64,000 bases of DNA from Phoronis australis (lineage: Eukaryota; Animalia; Phoronida), in contig NMRA01000079.1 of the NCBI GenBank assembly GCA_002633005.1, positions 90,397 to 154,396 of the forward strand. The letters are read 5' to 3'. The notes under the pieces are model-generated. The model ran no database searches. It was not told the DNA's origin and worked only from the letters and a program-made list of their open reading frames with translations. Numbering within the stretch: position 1 is the stretch's first letter; each line of letters starts with the position of its first letter. Of the stretch, positions 25,819-38,075 are shown in pieces. The translations under genes were made by a program, and so were the position numbers.

Positions 25819-26960
25819 CTTAATTGTGGTCTTGGAGAACGAAGTGGATACGTTTGTCCAAGGAGTGATTGGAGCAACACCGTCTGGCTCTGATGTCACA
25901 GCCCACTGATGTTCAATCGCTTTGCTCTGTAGTATTCCCTCGGTCACTAAAAATGGTGTCCACTCAGCTTGTATGATGATCGTCATGCTGTCTCCCACTT
26001 TTGTTGCGTTGGCAACGACAGCTTTGACAGTCGTCGGTTGAACTTCACTGTTGTAAATGATAACGCCACTTGAAGTTACTGCTGGCAGACATTTTGAATG
26101 AAAGCACATGGCAACCCTTAAACGATATTGTTTCCCGTTTTCCAAGTTTAAATTCCCGACGATATAGCTGTTAACTTTACCGACACTTATGTCCGACGTT
26201 ATCACACCAACTTCACTGCACGCGATACTGTTCGACTTCTGAGTGCAGTTTTCTTCAACAACTGATAGTGAGTAGTGGGTATAATGTGAGCCAAGATCAC
26301 CAGAGTGGCGCCACCATCCGGCCAAGTGTTGGCGTGACGCCTGATAAGCGGTATCTTCGGAACACGATGACAGCACTGCACAACCAGGACCGTCAAATAC
26401 GTGGAGTTGTGATTGGTGGGAAGACGGATCAATGACTTTTACCCCGTCAGATGATACAGTTACATTCCCGACAGATCCTTTAGCTAATACTGTGGCGTAA
26501 TATGACGTCTTGTCGGAAAGGGCCAACCCCGTGAAGCAATAGGAAGTTGCATTGCCGACATTTGTGAAAGACTGGACGTCTGACTGTGCTTTTGTCGTGC
26601 CAATGGCAACTTCGAACGTTAATTTGTCTCTATAATGCTGAAAACCTGACCATTTCGTGCATAATTTCGATGTGCTGAATTGAAAATCAATATCAGATTC
26701 ATGTTTAGCATTCGCATTATCTTCGATATCGTAAACAACGCCCGATCTAGGCGGGGTAGTTGTTTTTAGGCGGAATCCTGTTGACTGGAAAACGGCGGAT
26801 AGTCGAGCTGTGTTAGAGACTTCGATGGAGAAAAAGTATTCCTTATCTGACTCGTGGTCGTGATCAACAAGTGACTGGAGGGGAAAGCTTGCCTGGTATG
26901 AACCGCCATTCCCTGTGACGTTGGTGAATTGTACAATCTCTTGCAGGTTGATCGAGGTGC
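25819..26960 (-). CDS. Giant protein exon 14
   Basis: The frame is open from ttcaag|GC (GTSINLQEIVQF...KTTTPPRSGVVYD...DIDFQ) to AAG|gtaaat, extending well beyond the ORF-track call; phase 1-0. Confidence 0.92.
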
Positions 26961-27284
26961 CTTGAAATTTAAATTAATAAATCTTCAATTGTTATCTTTA
27001 GTTTGCATGCGTCAACCAAAAAGCAAAAGATCCACTAAAAGGTAAACTAGGTTTACCCAAACATTCAATAACTGCAAAAGCTTCTGTTAAAAATTTACCG
27101 AGTTCAAAATTAAGCTATGACGTTTTATCGTTCAGAAGGCAAAAACATAATATTATATGAAAATGTTAGTATTGACGATTGGAACATTTAAGAGCCGCGC
27201 TGCGGTGTGTTGTCACAACAAGGTTATACCGTACCATTATGCATAACGTAGTTACCGAACCAAATGACGTACTACCGGCGGGGT

Positions 27285-27432
27285 AGAGTTCAGCTGCTGT
27301 CTCGCGGTCAAAAATCTAGCCAAAATCACGTACTCTCACTGAAAATACACGGCCATATCTAGCGTAATCTTGCAAAGTCTTGCTTTTTAGCGAGGTGCTA
27401 TGGAGGTCCTAGCGGTAGGCCTACTGAACTCT
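27285..27432. mobile_element. About 150-bp MITE, copy 2
   Basis: Homologous to 2136-2285; gagttcag / ctgaactc ends. Confidence 0.6.
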
Positions 27433-27526
27433 ACCCTGTACTCTGATACAAGAATGATTATACGAACGGTTAGTGGTATTTCCGTTGTGAACTCTGGCAC
27501 AAGTTGGAGCAATTTGCAGGCAGAGC

Positions 27527-28260
27527 TGGAGCACGTTTCATAAAAGTTGACTTAAGACCAAAGTTAAGACCAAAACTCTAGCTAAGTTAAGATCGAAGAA
27601 GAAATTTCATCAAAGTCCGTTTCGTGAATGCAAAGTCGACTCTAACTCGGTCAAGTCAGTTTTAGAAACAGGTCAGTTTACTAACTACGTATTCACCCCN
27701 NNNNNNNNNNNNNNNNNNNNNNNNNNNNNNNNNNNNNNNNNNNNNNNNNNNNNNNNNNNNNNNNNNNNNNCCCCCCCCCCCCCCCGTTGCAAATTCACAA
27801 AACTAAGCGAAGCGGTGTCTGAAATTGGGATTCGAGGATAACCTTGGCATTGAAATTATAAATGAGATCTAAATTACATTTTGATGCAAAAGCAACATTT
27901 TTTTGATTGAGGAGGTCCTGGCATGGCTGGGTGATATCATTTCACGTTCACATTAAGTCGCATTATATTGTCTTCGCAGATTTGCCGGTTCTCGAATTGA
28001 AAGCAGGCGGTTTTCAATTTGACATTGTTTAAGGACATTGGATTGTGAAAAAAATCAACGAAATTTGTTCCTGATCATTTAGATCAATACTCCAATCTTA
28101 AGCCTATTCCGTAGTAGGCTAGCTTTCGGTCTTAGGTTAGAATGACGCCAATCTCAACTTTATTATTAAGAAATTTCATGAAACGGGGCTAAGTCATTTT
28201 GGTTTTAAGTTGACCCAATTTTGATGTAACATGAGTCAGACCAGTTTCAGGACAGCAGAC
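27527..28260. mobile_element. Harbinger-like MITE, copy 2 (contains gap 27700-27770)
   Basis: Homologous to 5052-5586. Confidence 0.6.
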
Positions 28261-28599
28261 ATACATTCACGCGAATCAAGAAATCTCAAAGTCTCAGATT
28301 CGACAAAGTTTAGAAATTTAACCAAGCTTTTACGATTATTGTTGTTACTTTCTGAACAATTATTGTTTGGCGAGAGTTAATGATGTGTAGGGTTAATTCG
28401 TCCCGCAAACGGGTTACCAGCGCGCGTTGACAAATAACAGTCTAAATTCCTTACATTGCGTAATTTTCAAGTCGAGCTTTGAGAAAAGAAATTATACCGA
28501 CCCAGGGTCCTGTTGAAGCTGAACGTAATAGACATGTATACAGACACAGTTGATTGAGACCTTATGCCTTCATAAAAGTTGAAACAAAACTGGGCTCAC

Positions 28600-29246
28600 C
28601 TAAAGCCCACTTAAATGCTGTCAATGGATTTTCGTCTTCACTATCAGTGAAATCACTGGCAGACCAAGATAATGTGACTTCAGTGTGCCCTACAGATGGC
28701 GTAAACGTCTGGCTCGTTGTCGGTGGAGTTTGATCTATGACGAATTTTCCAATAGCTTCAATAGATTCTAAGCCAACTTTGTTGATAGCCTTCACCATAA
28801 CATACACTTGGGATGCTTGCCCGAATCCAGTGTGAAGCTTCTTAAAGTGTGTTTTCATTTGAGTGGACTGATACCCAACAATGTCCGGTACTGCTTTCTT
28901 GTTGGCAGCAGATGCGAATCCTATTTCATAATCGCGAATTTGACTCTCAGTTTCATTAAACTTCCATGATAGTTCTAAAGTGTCTTTGTGGTGATAAATT
29001 GGTGTTTGTCCGTTAGTTTTGACACCCAGTGGAACATTGTAACTGACAAACACTGGAGGTGTAGTGTCAACGATAACACCATCACTGCAAGACGGCACTG
29101 ATGGCGTAATGGCGTTGTTAATTGCGATTACACTGACGAAATAACGCTTTAGGCTAGTTGTCAGTGTGCCTGTCGTGTTTGCAGTTGTCTTTGTTCCGTT
29201 CGCATAGAGTTCGTCGGTTGTCCAGCATCGGTCAGCCACTGCGTAC
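28600..29246 (-). CDS. Giant protein exon 13
   Basis: IVDTTPP...ETESQIRDYEIG...VIDQTPP...FKWALG; phase 2-1. Confidence 0.93.
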
Positions 29247-29473
29247 CTGAATAATAAAAACATATAACTAATGTTATTATAACAAAACCAAAGTCGTAGA
29301 TACTGTTCTCTGTTTTTAACTTAATTGTTTTTGTTTCATTTTGAATTTTAATCTTAGTGTATCTTTTATCTTCGCCATTGTTTGTGATGAGAAGCACCCT
29401 ATTGTCCTGTTTCAGTTAAAATTGTAAAGTGTCCATTTCAAGAATGAGATTGGTGTACTATGGAAACACTGAC

Positions 29474-29808
29474 TTGTAGTATCGTATTCCACTTTCGTAG
29501 TCTACAAATCCTAGCCACGATCCCACCACAGAGTTATCACTTTTGTAATCGACGTCTGTCTGTCCGTGACTTCCGTCCCACACTGTACCGTTCGTGGGGG
29601 GCGAGTTGTCCGCGTGAACCTTTAACTCAAACTTCTTGACTAGTCTCGCCTCGTTTTCGACCTCGATCTCAAAAAAGTAGTCCCGGTTGTGCATGCCGAC
29701 GTGGGTATTTAGTGCGACTATCGGATTCAAGTCGAGGGCGTAAGTGGACATCTCACAAGGCCCGATGGAAGGACAGTAGCACGGAGCTCCTCCTACGGGA
29801 CATGGCTC
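29474..29808 (-). CDS. Giant protein exon 12
   Basis: EPCPVGGAPCYCPSIGPC...HADNSPPTNGTVWDG...DYESGIRYY; donor gtcagt; phase 0-2. Confidence 0.92.
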
Positions 29809-30357
29809 CTGGAAACCAAACACGAAAGGATATATTATTCCAGCATTTGTTGAACAAAGAAAAAGGTTTGCATGTCGCAAATAATCTTTGACTTGCGCTA
29901 GGATTGCACTAAACATTTTTGCTTGTTGTTCATATACCAACTCAGTTATGGCACATTTACCTTCCTATCTTTACACACGCTCAACTGAATGCTAGTTTCA
30001 TCGTTCGTTTATGCACAGCTGCGGAGACTATTCTCACCAAGATAACTTTTTGAAAATTTTGTAGTTCTCGCCATGTTCTTGCCTTCAGTAACTTTACCTG
30101 TTGTACCTGTCCGTAATGTGTACGCCCACGTGCAAATGTGTTTCATTTCGTAAATTTTCCGTCTCACTGGAATTCCTTCTATCAATCTATTCGCTTCTTT
30201 TCTTCGAATTTCACAAGTATGACTTTCAATGACAATCACGTATTCAATAAGATTATGATATCGGGATATTTCAACAAGACTGTCGGTGGCTGTTCAATTT
30301 TACAAAATCCATAAATGGTCACATAACTTCACAACAGAATTTTACAAATGCACTCAC

Positions 30358-30642
30358 GCCGGCTCCTTTTTGTATAACGGCTATGGCCCCTTCCCCGTGT
30401 TCCTTTGATCCACCTGTAGACACTCCCAAACGGTAGTACACTTTTCTTACACCGCTATGCGTATCCCATGTCTTAAATACGAGTTTCATCGTGTGGAGCT
30501 GGTAAGAATCGTGCACGTACACTTGAGTGTGACCATCTTTAACAAGCCACATGTCTGTCAGCTCAGGAGGTGATGAGTCGAAGTGGATAATTCTACTCTC
30601 AGATGTTTTGTTACCCATGATATCTGTTGCGCGAATCCACAC
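30358..30642 (-). CDS. Giant protein exon 11
   Basis: VWIRATDIMGN...HFDSSPP...DTHSGV; phase 0-0. Confidence 0.92.
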
Positions 30643-31134
30643 CTGAAGACAAAGGATGCTAAACAATACCTTCAAACGTGAGCAACCTTTTGGTATGTTT
30701 CAGCCAAATTACGATGACCGAGTTCGAGTTTTAATTACATAATGATCTAGAATTGAGAATCTAAAACATATCAAATTAGACCGATCTACACCTATAAACG
30801 CTATGTGTCAGGAATTCTCCGTAAACCCAAAGGACGACTCGAACTTCACTCACATGGCGCTACTCTTAAGTCGTGCAAATGCGTGGATTCGGGTAGTCAA
30901 TGGCTCATGGGCTGTTTTCGGCTCTAAACTTATTCATGTTTATAAAGAGGGTACATTCGTAATTAGCACCGTCTAAACTATGGCACAATGCAATGTGCCT
31001 TCCATAGAAACTAGAAACTCGCAAAAGCAGCATCACTTATGAAAGCGCGAGATAGCACGTGCATTAAGCGAAGCACGTGATCACACTACAGCTTCCTTCG
31101 CGAAATTCTTGCGTCTGCGGAACCCGGTATTAGT

Positions 31135-32260
31135 CACAGGCGCTTGGGTTTATCTGTTCCTCGATCGCAAATTACGTCACTCAATAATACATATAAGAAA
31201 ACACAAAGGTTGGACACTCGAAATCTGTTTGCTCAGAATTTTCTACTCAAATGTGCATGGAACTCCACGAAACTAGCATCGGACAACTCTTAGAATACTT
31301 TCTTTCATTCGATCTCTTCAAATTGCCTTCGAGTGGTGATTTGGCGACAAAAATGCCAAAAGAATGCCAAAATCACAAATTCAAGGAAGTGATTCCGTGA
31401 TGTCATGGCAGACGGCCTTCGCACATCCGGGTTTTTGACGGACGCTCCCGAGCTAAATCCGAAAGTCTAATTTCGCGCGGCTTTCATCGTCAATCCCTCG
31501 ACTACTTGATCATGAGAAGCAGAGAGCACTTTATTGCCAAGTAAATGTAATTACTCACATATTTGTGTCAAATATAAATTATCCTGATACTGTACTGATA
31601 TGCGAAGTTTTTTGTGTACTGTGATTTCTTATGAAGGTTTTACTTTTGGCCAAAACCATTGAGTTAACTCGTCGGCCACGCGCATTGTAATACTTGCACG
31701 GCCGAGTGTGTGTTGTGCTTCAATCAAAAAGTGCGTGATGTCAAGATGAGAAACAAGATACGCCAGTTTATGTAATAAAATTCTAAGTTAAGGGCTAAAA
31801 TGAGCCGTCAGTGGAATAAAGTTACAAATAATCTTTAAAATTTTTAAAATACTTTTAAATTAACATTCTCAATTAGTTGAGTTTTGGATTAGAATTATTG
31901 AATTTGAAATATAGGTTGCTTGCACAAACTCGAAGTTTCACCTACGACAGGCGTACAAGTTGAAGCACAACTGAAATCCGCCATGTTTACTATTTCAGGT
32001 CCTTGAATTCAGAGTTTTGAGATTGTTTTGGAAATTCCATCGCCAATTCACCTCTCACGAAGACAGTTAATGGGATCTAGGAAAGATAAGGCTTCGAAGG
32101 TTTATGCAACACCAGACTGAGGGAGGTGCACGCAGATTTTATTTGGATTTTGAAGTTGGGAGCCTCGGCTTGGCAAAGTGTCCAACCTTTATGTTTTCTT
32201 TTATATATTATTGAGTGACGTCATTTGCGATCGAGGAACAGATAAACCCAAGCGCCTGTG
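31135..32260. mobile_element. 1.1-kb non-autonomous TIR DNA transposon (P- or hAT-like), copy B
   Basis: TIRs of about 84 bp starting CACAGGCGCTTGGGTTTATCTGTTCCTCGATCGCAAAT; perfect 8-bp TSD GTATTAGT at 31127-31134 and 32261-32268. Confidence 0.95.
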
Positions 32261-32273
32261 GTATTAGTCAAAC

Positions 32274-32437
32274 CTTGTGTGTATCGCCATCTTCTGGTGT
32301 GACTACGTTTGAACCAAGCGTTAGGGATTGTTTCTGCCACGTCGTCACGTTGGTCCACGAAGAGGGTTCCGGTGTTGCAGTAGAATTGGTCCTAATGGGG
32401 GTTAACTCTTCAATGTGATATTCGAATTTCACTATAC
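32274..32437 (-). CDS. Giant protein exon 10
   Basis: GIVKFEYHIEELTP...SSWTNV...EDGDTHK; tttcag / gtttga; phase 1-0. Confidence 0.88.
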
Positions 32438-32705
32438 CTGAAACGTATTACATCACACACGTTTATCAATAAAGATTTTGTTATTCTTGATGTCTTGTTG
32501 CCAATGTTATTGTTGTCATAGTTCTTACAACTTTGTTGTTTTCAAAAAGCACTCAAAACTTTCTGGTTTTCAAATGCATCATACCGCGTAGATCGATATG
32601 TTACCATTGTCTTCACTTATTATTCGTTGAAACTAATTGTTGGCTGACATCCTCAAATACAACATGATGAATTTGTGAAAATGATTTGTTCCGACGTTGA
32701 TTTAC

Positions 32706-32850
32706 CTTCGACATTGTCCGTTCCAGCTCGTGAAAGAACACCAGATATTTGGTCGTAGGAGTCAGTATAGTATGCCGTCTCTTTGTCAACTTGTCTTAGC
32801 GGCCGGTGCTGCCTGTGGTAGTCGTTATAAAAGTAGTCCGTCCATGAGAG
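32706..32850 (-). CDS. Giant protein exon 9
   Basis: LSWTDYFYN...SYDQISGVLSRAGTDNVE; phase 0-1. Confidence 0.9.
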
Positions 32851-33129
32851 CTGTGAACAAAACATAAAAACGACATTGAACGAAACATAAGCACTCTTGG
32901 GATTCGTGGAGAAAATAAAGCATGATAAAGACACAAACAAGTGTTATATACGAAAATTTCTCATAGATAATCGGCAACAACAATGCTAGTGACAGGGTGA
33001 CCCGTTAGTGGTTGGAACTTTAAATGGATGCTACCTCAACACGAGATTGACGAAGAACTCTTTTAGCAAGAGCAACACTCTAAACAGTTAATTAGTACCA
33101 TAACAATGGCCACTGGGTCGTTTAAGAAA

Positions 33130-34900
33130 TAACGAACCCGTCTGAAAATGGACCACCCCCCTCGTCTCCCTAACAAAAATATTTGCCACAAATTAATAAA
33201 AATCCCTCCAGGAGGTCCGAAGACAGAGAGGCAAACGTAAAAAATTGCCACTATAAGGCACAGCGGGGTAGTCAGTTTCGACCGAACGAATTGGTTATAT
33301 GTTGCCACGCTTGGTCGAATACATTTTAACAAAGATTCGGCAAGGGGTTGAGGATATACATCTATGAATGTGTTGTGTATTGGCAATGCTACTTGTGGTT
33401 TTCCTTAGAATATAGTCACGTGGTATTTATGCCCACAAGCCACGTGCTCATCCCCTTCTTGTATTAGTTCTCCAAGCGAATAGACGTATTATATTTTACT
33501 CTCATCTGTGTTGTTTTACTGGTTCTACGAACACAACAGAATGCAAAAACAAAATTGGCACTAGTTGAACTCAACTGAACCATATTATCAGCCGTGCTAC
33601 TGTCAGGAGCAAACCATCTGCCATTTTTAATGCTCTTGAGTAGTTTGGCGCATAAAGAAGCTGGCGTCAAAAGCAGCTCAAAGATAATAAAGTGGCCGCA
33701 GTATGGGACAGATTACGTCTACTCCGACACCAAGAGCAACGCGGAGCGTTGAAATGCGTCCACGACTACAGCGCAAACGGCGAGCTTTTAGGGGTGTTTA
33801 TCAGTATGGTGCAGAAAACATCAAACAAATCCAAAAATGGGAAGGTGGGACGTCGTCTAACGAAAAGAAAGCTATTTGTTAAAGTTCACGGATTAAAGGC
33901 GAACGTGAAAAAACTTGGTATTACGAGGCAAAGAAGTATTTCAAACCGTCCGCTAAATTTCACAAACCCGTAGGCGCAACAAAATGCCACTAGGAGGTGC
34001 CAAAGTAGTTGCGTCAATCTGAGTATCAGCGTGAGCCGCCGTCTTTTCATTAGAAACACATCTGCCAATTTTCTCAATGATTCTTCGAGTGGTTTGTCGA
34101 ATAGAGAGGTGGATGATAAAAAACGTATTCGATTTTCAATCGCCAATAGATGGCACACAATACATAAATGCTGTCCAAAAATGAAAAGGCATTGTCATCT
34201 CCCTGGAAACCGATTTGCCAAATTTCATGAACATGTGTCAGTGATCTAAGAAGGAAAACGTGAAAGAATAAAATTGCCACTAGGGGGCACACCAATCTTA
34301 GATTGATCTGAAACTCGTTATTATCTATTGCCAGCTTCATCGAAACACATCTGCCATATTTCAGGAAGTTTTTGCAAAGGGTTAAGCAGATACAGCCGAG
34401 GACGCAAAAAAACACAAAATACCCACTAGGGTGCCCAGAGTAGTAGGGCCAGTTCGAAACTCAACATTAAGCTGCGGTCTCCAGTCTCCTTTTAAGGTGC
34501 AAACCTATCAATTTTAATATTGATTCTTCAAACAGTTTAGCAGACAGAAAAGCGGACGAAAACTTTAAAAAAAATACCACTAGGTCTCACAGAATCGCCA
34601 AATCCATCCAGAAATGGAATGGTGTGGTCGTCTCCTAAAATAGAAACCTATTTGGAAAATTCCATGTAAATCCCTCCAAGAACTGCAAAGTTACAGAAGC
34701 AACCGCAAAAAAATTGCCACTTGTGGGCACAGCGGTAGTCGAATCAGTTCGAAAATTGTCATCGTCCCTCGTCAGCTTCATAGGAACACATCTGCCAGAT
34801 CTCAATAAGGTCCTGGGAGGGGCTTAGAAGAAACAGCTGCACGGACGCTGCACGCCGGAGGGCCCAGACAGAGATGACGGCAATATGCACCCACATATAA
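33130..34900. repeat. Diverged about 145-bp tandem units, probably a non-autonomous Helentron/HINE-like element
   Basis: Recurrent aaattgccactagggggcac-like motif at about 33243, 33983, 34141, 34273, 34420, 34575 and 34713; acggacg-like segment near 34840. Confidence 0.5.
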
Positions 34901-35419
34901 ATCGTCTTATAAATAAAAACCTATTTGTCAATCGCCATTACAGTATGCCAAGGAACTACTCTGAAGATGTGTAAAATAGAAAATTGCTATTAGAGGTTTT
35001 CAGATCAGTCAAACGTCGTGTTTCTTCGTTGTCACAATCACAGAAAAACACTAGGAAGCGCCACAACAGTTGGACCCCTTCGAAAATCAAGGTCAGACGT
35101 GATAATTTGTGGTGACATGGTTCCATTTGCCTCTCCCAATTTCATTAAAAATTTGCGCCTGCTGGATTTGTAAAAAAATGGTTTGTCGACGCTATTACGG
35201 GGTTCAGCGGTAACCTGATCCATCTGATTGACGTAGTAAGCCGTCTTAAGCCTCATAGCAATGCATCTGTCAACTTCCTCGAAGATCACGCTAAGGGGTT
35301 GTGGAGATACAGCAACGGAAGCTGACGTGTCGCCGCTTGCCAGGACACTCAGACGGAATTGACTGTAATACCTATGTGCGGACACATAAAATGGCCGATA
35401 ACTACATAATTTGACTTAC

Positions 35420-36026
35420 TTGGATCGATCCTAAATTTGTCTGCCAAAGGTATCCTGTGCTCTGTGTTGCTGATGTGAAACGGAAGTGCTTAGTTCCATC
35501 TGTGAGTAACTGTGAACTGGAGTCGTACAAAACATACGATCTTGCCTGTCGGACATTCAACGCATTGTCAACGACCGTCAGATCAACGGCGTAAAACTGA
35601 GGCTGAGATGGAAGAGTGATTTGTTTTGACGTTGTATTGCTTGGCACAGTAATTGGCCCAACGCGTTTGGCGGCAAACACCATTCCAACCGTTGATACCG
35701 AGCTTTCAGAAATTTCATAAACGTTGATGATGTACTCCTTAAGCCCCGAAGGGTTTGTTCCGATATCATGCCAACCTTGGAAGTCAAGATTGAGAGTTCC
35801 TGTTTTGCGAATTCTGTCCCCGAACGTCATATACTCTTTTGGCGAATTGCACTTGTTGGCACCACTGTCGCGGGAACAATGTGACCCTTTTGTAAAATCC
35901 ATGCGCATGCAGACGGTGTTTGAACGCGAGACATCGTTGTACTTCTGCGTTTGTTCGAACTTGTCGGTATTTGGGTCACCATAATGGGTGTAACCACCAG
36001 CCACCACTTTGTAATCGGCACATAAC
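35420..36026 (-). CDS. Giant protein exon 8
   Basis: LCADYKVVAGGY...FQGWHD...SGLKEY...VDNALNVRQARSYVLYD; phase 2-0. Confidence 0.92.
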
Positions 36027-37045
36027 CTGTTGGTGAGAAGCGCGATTGTTTACAAGTTCAACACAGAACTTACAATGAAATTTCAATAGTTACATGCACG
36101 CCAGATCAACGGAAATGGGATAATAAGGGAAGAGCGTATAGTATACACAGCACGGGCGGAGCTATTTAAGCAAACAGGTACAAATTAGAAAGATAAAATA
36201 TTCACTTTGTGCCGTAAAATCACGATTGTTGAGGGCCATCAAGATTATTATAGGATCGTTTAAGGGGAAGGCAAACGTTTTAATGTCAAAATTATAGTTA
36301 TATTAGAGGGACACTTTCCCAAAAAAAATTTGTTGCCCTGGCCGGTATTTATAATCAGTGCAACAACAGTGAACTGGACCCACTTCCATTGGACAAGCAG
36401 AAAGTTTAACTTGCTATTGAACGCAGCCTGCAGCGGTTATTCTTGTCCGGTCCAAAATGCGGGCTTTTAGCGGGATAGTTAACGTCACTCTCTAATATTG
36501 AAAGAACTTGTGAACGTACGACAGGGAATGTGATGAACGCGTAAAAAGAAATTTCAGGATTATCAATAAAATTAGCACAAACACGTTTGTTTCCCCTTTT
36601 AGACACTCGAAAGTGCTCTTTGTTTATTGCTTCAATGGACATTCGCTCAAGAAAGACCTCGTCCTCCGAAGAGCAACAATAGAGCATAGAAATTTATAAA
36701 TGGATAGAAAGAAGGCTATATTTTGAGAATTCCAACCTGAAATAAATCTTTGTGCATTGTTTTGGAAACTTACAGGTTGCTACCTACATATTTTGATGTA
36801 CAGTAAAGATGTTGAAATACTGCGATTCAGAACATTTTTTCTCCGACAGTGGGGTTAAAAAATCTTCGAAATACGTAGTTGCTGTGATGACCTCAGATTG
36901 GACACCAGTCGATGTCAAGAAAAGTAAGAAGAACGATTAAATAAATCTCCACAGTTGTTCTGTTCTGTTCTGTGCGGAAAAGTTGCTTGGTTACTCAGTA
37001 GCCGTCTCAAGAAAACTCAGATGCGAAATGAGATACATGACTTAC

Positions 37046-37199
37046 TTGTCGCCGTCAACAAATGACGTATAGGAGAGAGACTTGTCGATGTCACATTGTA
37101 TTTGGTCCTTGGGCTGTCCAGTACCGTCCCCGTAGGGACCTGAAGGATTACAGGAGCCATCCCCTGGCATGTTATAAGTAGCAATGTCGTGGTTGGCAC
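37046..37199 (-). CDS. Giant protein exon 7
   Basis: GANHDIATYNMPGDGSCNPSGPYGDGTGQPKDQIQCDIDKSLSYTSFVDGDK; tgcag / gtaagt; phase 1-2. Confidence 0.88.
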
Positions 37200-37277
37200 C
37201 TGCACGATAGATGTTCAACAATATGACAAATAAACTTTTTTAAGTCCAGTTTTTGATATCCAGTTAGAAAGAAAAGA

Positions 37278-37369
37278 TTAGGGATGTCCAGTACTGTCGC
37301 TCTAGGGCTGTGAAGGGTTACAAAAATCATCCTTAGGCAGATTGTACGTAGCGCTGTTTGCCTTGGAAC
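37278..37369 (-). pseudogene. Decayed tandem duplicate of exon 7 (pseudo-exon)
   Basis: ctgcag|GSKANSATYNLPKDDFCNPSQP*SDSTGHP* aligns to exon 7 and has two in-frame stops. Confidence 0.8.
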
Positions 37370-37814
37370 CTGCAGGGTAAATCTTTCAGTGATTTGATCA
37401 ATGAACAATAGGAGTTACAATCCACGAGTTTTGTTTACAATTAAAATAAGAAAAACGACAGTGAAGTAATTATGGTGGTGAACATTTAGACTTTCAGTGA
37501 AACGAGTGTTTTTAGCGCATGGCAATCGTGGGAATTTGTTTTGACTTCACCGTATTTTGTAACGGCAATAAGTGCTGCCCGTGCCAATCACAGAATCGGT
37601 TATAACAGGGGTTGAGTTTTGTATGAAGAAAATTCGTAATATCGACCAAATTGATTTTCCATCCAATTCAATTGTTCGAGTGATCCTGAAAATAAAACTT
37701 GCTGAATATTCTCGTCTTCCCGCCTTTTGGTTGCATCTAGTTCGTTTCTGCTGATTGGTCGCGCAACAATAATATGTGACCTTGAACTCGTGACAAATAT
37801 CGAAACAACTTTAC

Positions 37815-38075
37815 CTGACGGGACCTTGTAGAGTTTTACAGAACTCTTCGTAATGCCGTACTTGAAGTCTCTTACGTAAGCAAGTTTTGTGTAGGTCGGG
37901 TGCTGGAAATTAGCCTCCAGGTCTAAATTGAAAGTGGCTGGTACAAACTTTATCCACTCATCTCCTTCTGTGTAGCAGCTTGTCGAACCTGACACTGTGG
38001 GCTGACTCTGACGGCGTTCTCCACTTGAACTGATGACGGTGAACTTGCACAAATCAATTTCCGGTTTGATCGTTA
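37815..38075 (-). CDS. Giant protein exon 6
   Basis: TIKPEIDLCKF...YVRDFKYGITKSSVKLYKVPS; phase 1-1. Confidence 0.88.

Noticed and set aside
35038-35385. 115-aa ORF adjacent to exon 8
   Set aside because: No motif similarity, and not needed for the phase-consistent gene model.
12489-36026. Prokaryotic operon of separate FN3 genes or bacterial contamination
   Set aside because: The ORFs lack their own starts and are bounded by canonical splice sites with matching phases.
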